A DNA stretch of 63,217 bases from Octopus bimaculoides (Eukaryota), in NCBI RefSeq assembly GCF_001194135.2, contig NC_069004.1, forward strand, positions 7,525,913 through 7,589,129, read 5' to 3'. Made by a program: the position numbers and the translations under genes. The notes under the pieces were generated by a model. That model ran no database searches. It worked only from the letters and a program-made list of their open reading frames with translations, and was not told where the DNA came from. Each line of letters opens with the position of its first letter. Positions within the stretch are counted from its first letter, which is position 1. This document shows positions 1 to 11,944 of the stretch, in pieces.

Positions 1-114
1 GTCTGGGTACATGGAGTAGATAAAATCATAACATAAACAATTAAGTATAAGAAATAATAATTTCTTAAAGTACGTGTTAATCCCAGTGTACCCAGACTTT
101 GTGGACACCCTGTA
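1..114. mobile_element. Tc1/mariner-type MITE, left end cut by the window start
   Basis: GTCTGGGTACA (1-11) is the reverse complement of TGTACCCAGAC (87-97). The right TIR continues TTTGTGGACACCCTG followed by TA, i.e. a CAGGGTGTCC-type TIR with a TA target. Confidence 0.7.
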
Positions 115-986
115 TATATATAATGGAATTATGCTGAGAGCACTGGGTCGATCCATTTGAATGTAGTCATCCTCTAAAATTTGTAGCTTTGCACTTATGT
201 TAGAAATAAATAAGAGGAACAGCAGTTGCTAATTTACCTTTTGGAATTTCTTGTTATGGTAAAGGTATATCAATTATAGAGTATCTTCATGTTTCTATTT
301 GAAATGGCTGTTTGTTATACATCAACACGAACGAGGAAACAAAGGATGGTTCAAGCGCATGCTATTACAAGTGGCACTTGAAAGAATAATGTATTGATCC
401 TTTCGGTATCAACTGGTTAATCATCGAAGACAGCACGTGTTAGCTAAATGGAAGAAGGCAATACCAACTTGTTTCTGCCGAGAAACACTATCTAATTAGA
501 AAACAAATACGAGAAACAGAAAGACGGAAATATCAAAATTACGATCACGAAGCACTGAAAGAAAACACGATTTATTGAGCATAGCTAAAGAACATAACAA
601 ACCAGAAGCTAACGGCACACCGTCCTGTGGGGGTTGAATACGAACGATAATTACATTATTGAAAAATACTGTTTGTTAATATCCCATATGATGATTTCGT
701 TTCCGGCAAGAAAGCTTGCAAATAGACAATTTCAACAATATTGTTTTGAAATGTTGAGTTCGTATATTTTTTGATTTTGTTTTTTGTCTGCTAGACTTTC
801 AATCGTTATACATCTAAAAAGTAAAATTTTTTCAAATTTCAAAGATGATAGACAAGATTTTCCTCCTTACAACGCTACAATGAAAAAAAAAAACAACAGA
901 ATTTTCGTGTTCATCCAAATAACATTCGAAAGGTTTAATAAAACAAACAAACCAAAAAAAAAACAACAATTTATGCGACAAAATCC

Positions 987-1157
987 TTTCTTGTTTCAGT
1001 CACTTAACTGCGGTCCTGCTGGAGCACCACCTTTAGTCGGACCAATCGACCCCAGGACATTTTTTGTAACGCCTAGTACTTATTCTGTCGGTGTCTTCTG
1101 CCGAGTAGTTAAGTTACGTGGACGTAAACACACCAACACCAGTTGTCAACCGGTGGT
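987..1157 (-). mobile_element. SINE family B, 3' half (runs into gap)
   Basis: TTGTTTCAGTCA..TGCTGGAGCACC..TCGACCCCAGGAC..TAGTACTTATTCT..GTAAACACACCA is the reverse complement of the tail of the B copy at 13045-13470. Confidence 0.75.
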
Positions 1158-1742
1158 NNNNNNNNNNNNNNNNNNNNNNNNNNNNNNNNNNNNNNNNNNN
1201 NNNNNNNNNNNNNNNNNNNNNNNNNNNNNNNNNNNNNNNNNNNNNNNNNNNNNNNNNNNNNNNNNNNNNNNNNNNNNNNNNNNNNNNNNNNNNNNNNNNN
1301 NNNNNNNNNNNNNNNNNNNNNNNNNNNNNNNNNNNNNNNNNNNNNNNNNNNNNNNNNNNNNNNNNNNNNNNNNNNNNNNNNNNNNNNNNNNNNNNNNNNN
1401 NNNNNNNNNNNNNNNNNNNNNNNNNNNNNNNNNNNNNNNNNNNNNNNNNNNNNNNNNNNNNNNNNNNNNNNNNNNNNNNNNNNNNNNNNNNNNNNNNNNN
1501 NNNNNNNNNNNNNNNNNNNNNNNNNNNNNNNNNNNNNNNNNNNNNNNNNNNNNNNNNNNNNNNNNNNNNNNNNNNNNNNNNNNNNNNNNNNNNNNNNNNN
1601 NNNNNNNNNNNNNNNNNNNNNNNNNNNNNNNNNNNNNNNNNNNNNNNNNNNNNNNNNNNNNNNNNNNNNNNNNNNNNNNNNNNNNNNNNNNNNNNNNNNN
1701 NNNNNNNNNNNNNNNNNNNNNNNNNNNNNNNNNNNNNNNNNN

Positions 1743-1790
1743 GCTTCAGCATGGGCGCAGTCTAAGGAGGGAAACAAGTAAAATATAACC
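1743..1790 (+). mobile_element. SINE family B, extreme 3' end emerging from gap
   Basis: CAGCATGGGCGCAGTC..GAAACAAGTAAAA matches the tail of other B copies. Confidence 0.55.
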
Positions 1791-2572
1791 GATAAAAGGC
1801 ATGCAAACTTTCGCGTTTCCTTTTCCACTCATTCTTTCTCTCTCTCTCTCTCTCTCCCTTCATTACTCTTTCGTTCATTCTTTCTTTTCTTTCCCTCCTT
1901 CTATCTACCTTTCTTTCTGTCCCCATTTTTCTATCTTTCATTCTTCTTTCCTTCTTTCTTTCTCTTTCTCTCTCCTCCCCTCTCTCTCACAGAAAACGTC
2001 TACGAAATGAAACGCTCGAAATACTTAATCATTGTTGAAAGATCTTCTTCCATAATTCTATAACTTAATGTAAATATCATAATAACTTACATGTGTTTTT
2101 TGTAGCTTATGGACAAAGATCGATTATAAATATTGATCACTGATTCCTAGTGGTTTAACAACATTTGTATATTTTATATTGATGTACTACATTCGTCGAC
2201 AAATATTTCACAATGATAAACACCTCATTAGGAAGAAGTCTTAGTGTTAAGCAATAATTTAACAATAATTTAACGCCATCAATCATTTGTTGAAATATAT
2301 AATAAACATTTTAGTTTTTATGATATCGCATTGTTTTGGCAGTAGTTTATTTTGTTCAGTTTCAGGTCAAACTTCTATTGAACAGCAGTATGTCCTTCGT
2401 TATATTTTATATCATCTTTATATCATCCAGCGTGTTTATATTAAGACAGCTTTGTGTGTTTGTTTTGATTCATTAAGTACAGCGGGAGAAAATCTCTCAC
2501 GAAATGCCTTTCGTGCTAGAAATAGAAATACATACATGATTATTTTGATACTCGCTGCTTCTCGTGCTGATA

Positions 2573-2574
<2 letters not shown>

Positions 2575-2631
<57 letters not shown>
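2575..2631. repeat. (TA)n microsatellite holding the mariner end
   Basis: About 28 TA units directly abutting the mariner terminus. Confidence 0.95.
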
Positions 2632-2634
<3 letters not shown>

Positions 2635-3357
2635 GGCTGAGTAAAAAGTAAGCAACGTTTTGAAACATGAAATTCAGCACACTATATTTCAACAATGCGG
2701 AAATCTTATTCATCGAAGTAAGTCCCATTACAATCAACACATTTTTGACAACGAGTTACAAGTTTGCTTATTCTGGTAACATAAAAATCTGAAGTTCTGG
2801 AGCTGATGAAGCCTTTAAACGTATTTTCAGCATCGGTTTGATTTTGGAACTCTTTTTCTCGCAGAAAACCATCAAGGCGTTTGAAAGAGTGGTAGTTGGT
2901 AGGAGAAAGGTCTGGGGGAATAAGCTGGGTGCGGAAGAACTTCGTAGCCAAGTTCTCTCAACTTCTGGAGTCTCGTTAGTGAAACGTGTGGTCGATCATT
3001 GTCATGAAGAATGATTAGCCTTCTTCTGTTGACCAGTCTGGGAGGGTGGAGTAGCAATTTTTCATTCATTTTGGTAATTCCATGGCAATATGTTTCTGCA
3101 GTAATGGTTTTACCGGGTTTTAAGAAGTTATAGTGGATGAGTCCAGCAGTACACCACCAAACAATCACCATAGCCTTCTTTCTGAAGAGCTTGAGTTTAG
3201 GGAAGGCTTTCGGTGCTTCATTTTGGTTTCAACCACTACGAAGAACCTTTTTTATTATTGTACAGAATCCACTTTTCATCGCAAGTTACAATACGGTTGA
3301 GAAATGGATCGGTCTGCTTAAGGAGAAGAAGCGACGAGCAAATTCCATATCGGTGTG
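2631..3357 (-). pseudogene. Mariner transposase remnant (catalytic domain to the terminus)
   Basis: Minus-strand pieces in different frames: DPFLNRIVTCDEKWILYNN, MVIVWW..GLIHY, LHDNDRPH, EVLPHPAYSP / PDLSPTNYH, ..KCVDCNGTYFDE*. There are frameshifts and stops. A TIR-like end (ATCGGGCTGAGTAAAAAGT) sits at a TA. Confidence 0.92.
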
Positions 3358-4170
3358 TTGTTGCATGCTTACGTGCGAGTTGCTCACTTTTGAAGAGGAC
3401 CTCGATGCTGGCATACTGTCTGCCTCTTTGTAAGCAGGTCACGTCTTCTAAGATGTCCTTAAAAACTTCCTCCACTTGACATACAGATGGTACATCTGCT
3501 CGCCTGCTCTTGCGTGAGATACATTTAAAATAAATAGTTTATTCCCCCTTCATTTCCAATAATTCAGGCGGTACAGGAAGCGCTGCCCTTACCCACCTCA
3601 ATTTTTATAATATTTTTGGCTTGGGCCAATTCTATTACCTTTTATCAAGGGCCTGTGGAAACATTTCTTTTTTAAAGCTGGCTACGTCGGAAAATTTATT
3701 AAAATTCGTAGAATTATTGTTTAGGTCGGTGTTCTTTACATCATTTAATTTTGTCGTTGCGTTGGTGATTTCTGTTTCCAGCTGTCAATACTTGTCGTAC
3801 AGGTGTTACTGTTATTTCGACTATCTTCTGTATTTTGCTTTTCCGTCTACGCATTCCTGCTGTTGCTGCTACTGATTTCACAATACTTAGGCTGTTGTTG
3901 TTGTTTTTGTTGTTGTCACTGGGAGTGAGTGATATGATGGGGATGAATCTTCTGTGGGAGGGCTGGCGGGAGGAACGCCTTTCCTCTTCAACGCTCCCAT
4001 GGTAGTCGCTGATGCCGATGGTAATGGTGATGATGACTACACCGTCTTGTTTGTTTGTGTTTTTATTTTTTTTGGCACAAGATGGGGCGTTTTCTGAGTG
4101 CAACGGATAATTAAATGAATAAATGCTGCGCATTACAGCGGAGAAACAACCACGGGACACCTGCCAAATG
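3358..4170 (-). pseudogene. Non-LTR retrotransposon ORF1-like 5' remnant (low-complexity N-terminus plus RRM-like segment)
   Basis: Minus frame TIYFKCISRKSRRADVPSVCQVEEVFKDILEDVTCLQRGRQYASIEVLFKSEQLARKHATT has the beta-alpha-beta-beta-alpha pattern of LINE ORF1p RRMs. Upstream is a Q/N/S/T-rich stretch with stops. Family assignment is by pattern only. Confidence 0.5.
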
Positions 4171-4295
4171 GTGTTCTAATTAACAGTTTATAACAAACAT
4201 TTATAGCATATATTTGTAAAGATAGGATGAAAGATAGTTTAAAGCATAACTTACGAAGCGTGTTCGAAAGAACCTCTGTCGCATTTCGCAGCGAA

Positions 4296-4540
4296 TAATA
4301 ATAATAATAATAATAATTTTCTTATGGTTTCTTAAACATTCTCTAGAACAACGCTATGTACAAATCCAAATATATGGTACCCTAGGCATAACACCTACAT
4401 GAACTAACTTGTTGTCTCTTGAGGTCTCTGGATGAGACTTGGATCCAACTTGTACAAATGCAAAGCAAAAGTCAAAGTCAAACATAAAATAATAATAATA
4501 ATAATAATAGCAATAATAATAATAGCAATAATAATGATAA
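4296..4540 (+). mobile_element. Interspersed repeat embedded in (AAT)n, probably the 3' UTR of an R4/Dong-like LINE
   Basis: A unique core of about 170 bp (..GTCTCTTGAGGTCTCTGGATGAGACTTGG..) has (AAT)n on both sides. Family identity is from recall only. Confidence 0.4.
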
Positions 4541-5313
4541 TAACACTAAGGCAAGATCAACAAAATAGTTCTCTATCCAGTGATAAATAAACCTCACATG
4601 ATTTAAAGATAAGAACTGCCTAGATAAATGTCTTAATAGCAAGAGACTGTTAGTAGCTCTTCTCTTATCTTTATATAATGTGTACAATAAATAATATATA
4701 TATATATATGCATTTATGTAGGCAGGCATCTATTTACACTCCAGTGTACACGAATGCACGTGCTGATATATATAAAGTTAAATAGATGCTCGCCTGTATG
4801 CTCACTTAGATATACATGCACACGAGAATAACAAATGTTACACAAAGAAAGATGCCATCTCGAACATCTGAGTCTTCTATTTGTTTCTAAATTTCACGTT
4901 TCTCGAGCATTTGCGTTCCTATCCGCTTGTTTTATTTTTCTACATTCTCTCTTCTATGTATATAACATCGATTGGTTCACCCATACAAACACAATATCAT
5001 CCTTCAGTTCCACTGACAAAAAAATCTATTTATTCGATAAACTCTTTCTTTTGAACATTTTCAAGAAAGGACCCCTTTTTTTAGCACAGGTTTGCCATTT
5101 TCTATTTATTATTTCTCCAGTGCTTTCATTATAAAGCTGAGTATGTTTATATACTTTTAACGTCCACCCAAGCATGCAAAATATAATATCCACTCAAAGT
5201 CCAGTATTAAATACAAAGTCTTTTTATGAAGTTTCCTGGATTTGTTTCTTTTGTTAAAGAGACCATTTAATATTAAAAAAAAAATGTATTGAAATATAGG
5301 CTGTGGTTTCTCT

Positions 5314-5515
5314 TTGTTGTTGTTGTTTTTGGCACTCCGTCGCTTACGACGTCGAGGGTTCCAGTTGATCCGATCAACAGAACAGCCTGCTTGTGAAATT
5401 AACGTGCAAGTGGCTGAGCATTCCACAGACACGTGTACCCTTAACGTAGTTCTCGGGGATATTCAGCGTGACACAGTGTGACAAGGCTGACCCTTTGAAT
5501 TACAGGTACAACAGA
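5314..5515 (-). mobile_element. SINE family A, 3' part with (CAA)n tail (runs into gap)
   Basis: Near-identical to 45785-46150. The (TTG)n on the plus strand is the tail. Confidence 0.9.
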
Positions 5516-6064
5516 NNNNNNNNNNNNNNNNNNNNNNNNNNNNNNNNNNNNNNNNNNNNNNNNNNNNNNNNNNNNNNNNNNNNNNNNNNNNNNNNNNNNN
5601 NNNNNNNNNNNNNNNNNNNNNNNNNNNNNNNNNNNNNNNNNNNNNNNNNNNNNNNNNNNNNNNNNNNNNNNNNNNNNNNNNNNNNNNNNNNNNNNNNNNN
5701 NNNNNNNNNNNNNNNNNNNNNNNNNNNNNNNNNNNNNNNNNNNNNNNNNNNNNNNNNNNNNNNNNNNNNNNNNNNNNNNNNNNNNNNNNNNNNNNNNNNN
5801 NNNNNNNNNNNNNNNNNNNNNNNNNNNNNNNNNNNNNNNNNNNNNNNNNNNNNNNNNNACACGCACACACGCACACACACACGCACACACACACACACAC
5901 ACGCACACACACCTCTATATATGTAGATTTAGATCTATCTATCAACGAATCTATCCATCTATCTTCTCTCTGTCTATCTATTTCTCTATATACCTCTATC
6001 TCAGTCTGCCTGTCACACAAAGAAAAGAAGTTTTAAAGTGGCTGCTAACATATTTAATTTGGAG

Positions 6065-6530
6065 ACAAAAGTAATTTTTAATTAATATGAATGACCCATT
6101 TAAAAGAAAAGAGAAAAAAAATTACATTATTGATCCTGGTAACGAAAGGTAGGAGGGTAACTCCAGCATTTAAGTTAATTAAACTCAATTTAATATAGAA
6201 AGCAATGAGAAATGAGAGCTTTCACGGCCGAACTCTGTTGTTAATTAATTAAAAATTACACAAATTAACATTTGCATTGAATATAATAGGTTAACTAATT
6301 CCTAATATTGCAATTAACCTTATCAACGAATTTATACTCCCTCTTAATAAGGTCCTAATAATCAATTCATTAGAATAAAACCTTGCCAAACAAAAAGGAA
6401 ACCCATAAAATACCTTATTAGAGATATCGAAATTAATCCTAGGAAATGGCATCTAATTAGGAGCTCCCTTGACATTCCGAATATCTGTAAAATTATATTT
6501 CAAGGTGTCAGCCCCAAATTTCTTGAGCAA
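6065..6530 (-). pseudogene. nad5: NUMT: decayed mitochondrial NADH dehydrogenase subunit 5 fragment
   Basis: Minus frame from 6485 (invertebrate mitochondrial code) reads DIRNVKGAPN*MPFPSINFDISNKVFYGFPFCLASFYSNELII, which keeps the ND5 spacing DIR-x8-MP-x2-S-x2-F-x2-SN-x4-G-x-PF(L)AGFYSKDLI. After a frameshift it reads LLYSMQMLICV (ND5 T-x-x-YS-x-R motif). The coding strand is T-rich. Confidence 0.72.
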
Positions 6531-7161
6531 AATTATGCATTTACATCATATTTTCTCCTCATTACAGATGCAATATTAAATAATCAATGCTCTCTGCTTC
6601 ACTAAATTCTTTATGTTATTAATTATATTATTAATTATGTTAACATGTCCACTATTATCAATTCCACACATGCAAACGAAGGCGCTAATGATGATTCCTG
6701 CTTTAATTAGTTTGCAGAAGTCTGTATATCCTATCATAACTACCACAATCACATGTAATTTCCTCAATAAATATAAATGGTAAGTATCCAATTAAAATAA
6801 TGCCGAGTAATTATTTAATGAATGTTTATTTAGTGTACCGGGCTAAATTAAAATCCCCCAATCGATCTTGGAAAGGTATTAGTACATACAAATCCTGAAA
6901 TAAACTAACATGAAATTATGGATGGTGGCTCTTTATAGTTACAAGACCAGCAAGAAATAGCAACTAAATCACATACTGTCTTAAAAAGGAAGATACATAT
7001 TGAATAATATTCTGATTTGAAATGATTGAACGAAGAATGGGATTTTTTTTCCTCCATTAGTTATGTGGAATAGTCTGCAGCTGTGTTCTTTCTAGGATAT
7101 ATAAGCCTTATTAAAGGGCATAATTCTTTTCTTCTCATAAGCCCGATGCGAATGTAACTGT

Positions 7162-7242
7162 TATCCCGATGAAGGGGTCATTGCCGGATTACACCTTGGT
7201 GTATTGAACTACGGTAGTGAACTCCTGAAATGGCCATAGGTA
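7162..7242 (+). ncRNA. Type I hammerhead ribozyme fold (core U4C variant)
   Basis: Stem I UAUC/GGUA; core CCGAUGA (7166-7172); about 14 bp stem II AGGGGU-CAUUGCCG / CGGUAGUG-A-ACUCCU; GAAA 7227-7230; palindromic stem III AUGGCCAU; predicted site AUA (after 7238). Confidence 0.65.
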
Positions 7243-7371
7243 CTTGTGTGTGTTGCTTTTTGACCGGTTTGTTTTTATTAACGTTTGAATGATTTTGCGA
7301 ATAGAGACAACTTTTCGCCAGCGTGCTAACAATTCAGCCATTTGCCTCATTGCTCTATGTTAAATAAGGAC

Positions 7372-7548
7372 TACAAATTTAGGAGCAAGACCAGTAATCA
7401 CAAAAAGGGGTTTAAGTCGATATCATTGACTCCAATGCTGAACCGGTATATATTTTACGGTAAAAAGCGAAGTCGAACTTGACAGAATTTGAACGTAGTG
7501 AGTCGGGACAAATGTCACTTAACATTTTTGTCCGATGCTCTAACGGCG
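7372..7548 (-). mobile_element. SINE family C (Meta-like domain), diverged, tail type 1
   Basis: Matches the reverse complement of the family C consensus (AAGTCGA..GAATTTGAAC..). A further head fragment lies at about 7308-7347. Confidence 0.6.
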
Positions 7549-7569
7549 CCCTATTCTCTGTTAAATAAT

Positions 7570-7795
7570 CCTTACTTCTATAGGAACAAGGTCTGAAATT
7601 TTGTGTGGGGAGGGGGCTAGTCTATTACATCGGTCCTAGTGTTCAACTGGTACTTATTTCATCGACCCAGGAAAGATGAAATGCAAAATAGACCGCAACA
7701 GAATTGAACTAAAGATCCACGAGAAATGCCGTTATATATTTTGTCCAACGTTATCGATTTTGCCAGCACACAGTCTTTGTTAAATGATAGCCAGA
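7570..7795 (-). mobile_element. SINE family C, tail type 2
   Basis: CTATAGGAACAAGGTCTGAAATTTT..ATTACATCG..CTGGTACTTATTTCATCGACC..GATGAAATGCAAA. Confidence 0.7.
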
Positions 7796-8703
7796 AGAAA
7801 GAACCGTATCTTGTTGCCGGGTATAGGGTGCAAAGATAAAGTGCAAATTTGGCATAAATAACTGGTTTCATGTTAAAGATAGAATATCTGAAGAAAAGTT
7901 TTATGCTGAGAAGAAATGACCCAATGCAAATCAAATTCTACCGACGCAGATAGTTCCTATTTATTGAAATGTTGACAGATGAGGTTTCTACTGGGAGTTC
8001 ATTTTTTTAATGTGTTTTATGGCTTAAAGGATTAAAAGAAAAATGCTTCTAGGATGAAAAAGATAGTTTAATAATTCAAATAAAGTACTTTGTTTTTGAT
8101 AGGAAGAATATGTTAGAAATGTGAAAAAAGGCATCGGAAACAAAGAAGAAAACAGAATATTTGATTTAAGGGAAAGATACAGGAACTAAATTACTTTATA
8201 TACTTTATACAGTTTTTAAGAGCATAAAACCCCTCGAAGATATTTTGTTGCTCTGCTTTTTTGTAATGTGGCAAGCATAAAAACATATGTATAGGAAATA
8301 TGGCACCATACATATTGAAAGATATTCGTGGAATAGGAAAATTACATTAATAAAATAAGTCATTATTAACTTCACTTTATTTCAGCAATGTATTTGAGAG
8401 GAGAGCTGGATGTTAAACAATTCTATCTTTCTTCTTTTATAAATATCAGATTTCGTTCCTATGTAAGAAATCAATGCTAACAAATAGAGTTTGCTTCGTG
8501 CTGCATGTATTTGCGTTATTAGTTACGCCAAGCGATTTCAAGTGTTCTCAGCGGAGAATCGTAATTCGCTTCTCCCTACAACATAAAATGGAAATGCACG
8601 TGTCGCTTCCATGTCTAACATTCGTTGCGTTGTCATATGAAATAAATCTATTTCCCCACAAGACTGAGCTATTTCTTATCTATCTATTCATCTCTCTCTC
8701 TTC

Positions 8704-8738
<35 letters not shown>

Positions 8739-8957
8739 NNNNNNNNNNNNNNNNNNNNNNNNNNNNNNNNNTGTATATATATACATATATATGTATATAT
8801 ATACATATATATGTATATATATACATATATATGTATCTGTGTCTGGCAGGCCAGGTATCTATCTATCTATCTGTCTGTCTGTCTGTCTTTACATACTTAC
8901 ATAATTTATATTATACTATACTATATCATATATTATATTTGATTATATTGACCAGCG

Positions 8958-9540
8958 AGTAGGAAATTGGCAGGACTAAAAGAGCAGCAAGCAAAATATA
9001 ATGCAGTATTTAGATAAGTATCTATCCGTTCTGAGATCGAACCTCGCCCAAGTCAATTTTGCTGTTCACTCCTTAGAAGTCGATGAAATGCAATACAAAT
9101 CAAGTATTGAAGTAGACTAAAATCGAATATCGCTTTTCCTTAAATATCAGGTGTTGTACGGATGTTAGAAATCTTATTTTGAGCAGAGGACGATGGATAG
9201 CAGAATCTATACAGCGCCGGGCATAATGTATTGATCTACGAACTTTTACGTTACCAGTTCAAATCCCGCGTTGACCTACTTTACCTACCAGTCCTCCAGG
9301 GTCGATGAGCTACTGGCTAAGTCAGAGTGGTGGGCTGGCAGAATCATTAGCACACAGGACAAAATGCTTAGCGACGTGTCTTCCAGTTTTAGGTTCTGAG
9401 TTCAAATCCTACCGAGGTCAAGTTTGCCTTTCAACCCGTTTTAGGGCCGATAAAAAGTAAGTACCAGTTGAGCACTTGGGTCAATATAGTCGACAAACAC
9501 TCTTCTCCAGCATTTCAGGCCTTGTACCTATAGTTGAAAG
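8958..9540 (+). mobile_element. Three tandem family C SINE copies (about 8958-9120, 9187-9310, 9325-9540)
   Basis: Repeated TGGCAGAATC head and B-box GAGTTCAAATCC. The last copy is complete with the Meta-like TTTGCCTTTCA..GATAAAAAGTAAGTACCAG and the type 2 tail GGCCTTGTACCTATAG. Confidence 0.65.
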
Positions 9541-9759
9541 AGTGGTTATGGTATCGTTGCGGACGTAGGAATGGAAAACAACGAGGGAACAAATGTGAGT
9601 TTAAGTAGTTGGGGATTTCACCATGCTGTTCAGAGTTCCGTCTGACTGTTTGACACCTTATGCGAGGGCCCCTTACCATAACCTGGAAAGTGTATGAAAC
9701 CCTGTGGCATATGTATGCGGATATACAAAATATATACACACGCATATAAATATATCTAT

Positions 9760-10135
9760 TATCTTTTACTTGTTTCAGTCATTGCACTTTGCCCATGCTA
9801 GGGCACCCTCTTCAAAGGTTTAGTCAATTCGGTCCCAGTACTTATTTATTTTTAAGCTTGTCACTTATTCTATCACGTTCTATTCGCTTTGTTGCTAAGT
9901 TACGAGATCGTAAACAAACAAACACCGGTTGTCGAGCTGTGGTGAGGACAAATACAAATGTGAATGTATATACGACGGGATTCTTTCAGTCTCCATCAAC
10001 TAAATTCACTAGCAACGCTTTTGGTTGCCGGAGCTATTCTAGAAAGACTTGTCCAAGGTGCGACATAGTGGGAGTGAATCCAGAACCATGTGATTTTGAA
10101 CATAGGACTTCGTGATTGCAAACCATGTGGCAAGA
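9760..10135 (-). mobile_element. SINE family B, nearly full length, diverged
   Basis: Tail, CGACGGG..CTTTCAGT..CAAGGTG central domain and head (GAACCATGTG) appear in order. Confidence 0.7.
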
Positions 10136-10151
10136 CTACGATACATACACA

Positions 10152-10208
10152 TAGTGTGTGTGTGTGTGTGCTGAAGACTTGTAAACAGCGAAAGCCCTTA
10201 ATACACTA
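10152..10208 (+). ncRNA. Degenerate hammerhead-like motif
   Basis: CUGAAGA (10171-10177), CUUGUAAACAGC, GAAA (10190-10193), GCCCUUA, then AUACACUA. The 5' arm UAGUG(UG)n looks like a microsatellite-expanded partner. Stems II and III are imperfect. Confidence 0.3.
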
Positions 10209-10352
10209 AGAAAATCTTCCAAAGATAGCCAGTCAGTCTGTTTTTAATTTAATATATTTTTAATGTAATTAATAATATTTAATTTAAGAAAATATTCAGC
10301 TACTATTATTTAAAGAATTGTTTACATTCTTAAACACGCACACACATAAACA

Positions 10353-10383
<31 letters not shown>

Positions 10384-10837
10384 NNNNNNNNNNNNNNNNN
10401 NNNNNNNNNNNNNNNNNNNNNNNNNNNNNNNNNNNNNNNNNNNNNNNNNNNNNNNNNNNNNNNNNNNNNNNNNNNNNNNNNNNNNNNNNNNNNNNNNNNN
10501 NNNNNNNNNNNNNNNNNNNNNNNNNNNNNNNNNNNNNNNNNNNNNNNNNNNNNNNNNNNNNNNNNNNNNNNNNNNNNNNNNNNNNNNNNNNNNNNNNNNN
10601 NNNNNNNNNNNNNNNNNNNNNNNNNNNNNNNNNNNNNNNNNNNNNNNNNNNNNNNNNNNNNNNNNNNNNNNNNNNNNNNNNNNNNNNNNNNNNNNNNNNN
10701 NNNNNNNNNNNNNNNNNNNNNNNNNNNNNNNNNNNNNNNNNNNNNNNNNNNNNNNNNNNNNNNNNNNNNNNNNNNNNNNNNNNNNNNNNNNNNNNNNNNN
10801 NNNNNNNNNNNNNNNNNNNNNNNNNNNNNNNNNNNNN

Positions 10838-10874
<37 letters not shown>

Positions 10875-11474
10875 TATACATATACACATGCACACACATA
10901 CAAATATAAGGCTAAGTAAGGTAAATATACTAAATTAATTAAAGTAATAAAATTTCTACTTAATAGGAAGACAAAAGTGGAATATATGCAGATTAAAGGA
11001 AAATAGAAAATGGCAGTAAATCTGCTGAAATGAGCTTCCATAGATTCGGATAGAAGAAGAGAAATACTAGACGCGGAGGACACAACAAAAATATATAAAT
11101 TATTGAGGGAAGTTTGGAATAAATAAAAAGATAGGAGATAATTAATTAATGAAACTAATATTATATGTACAATTTAAATGTTGACTATACAAATCTATAT
11201 ATTCATATGTACTAATAATTCTTCATATTATATTCATATATATAAATATATATGAATATATATAAATATGTATGCATATACGCACAGACACACACACACA
11301 TATATACATACTTATACATACACATAAGTACACATATGTGCAGACATGCCTACGGATATATCGAATATAGAAGAAAAACAATAAATTATGTTATTTAATC
11401 TATTTAATAAACATATATATTTACACATAAAAAGATACTCCCACATAAATTTATATGCATATATACACAACATC

Positions 11475-11592
11475 GGCACAGGAGTGACTGTGTGGTAAGT
11501 AACTTGCTTACCAATCACATGGTCCCAGGTTCACTCCCACTGCGTGGCACCTTGGGCAAGTATCTTCTGCTATAGCATCGGGCGGACCAAAC
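11475..11592 (+). mobile_element. SINE family B, 5' part (tRNA-like head plus start of CORE-like domain)
   Basis: GGCACAGGAGTGACTGTGTGGTAAG..GGTTCACTCCCACTGCGTGGCACCTTGGGCAAG. Confidence 0.8.
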
Positions 11593-11944
11593 CCCCCCTC
11601 TCTCTCTCTCTCTCTATTTATCTATCTATCTATTTATCTTATAACTAAACGTCTCCCATTATCAGCACTCCGAGTCTCTCGTTTCCGGTTATCACCTGGT
11701 AAACCAAGCCCCGTTGTCTTCTGAATATCCACTGACTGAACAATTTTTGAAACACGGAATAAAGTTCTAAAGGAAATGCTTATCCTTTTGTTCCTTCCTT
11801 TGTGAACGACACATGCGAAAACGGCTGCATCGAGCTTACGCTTTTGATCTCATTTCTAGTTCCCGTGGTATTTTCTTTCCGGAAACCTCATAAACTCCAT
11901 ATAATCGAAGTCTTGAAATTGCGTTGCGATGTAAATAATGTCCA

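Noticed and set aside
400-500. Similarity to RTE/BovB-type 5' sequence (GAAGAAGGCAATACC..CTGCCGAGAAACAC)
   Set aside because: The match is too short and diverged to support.
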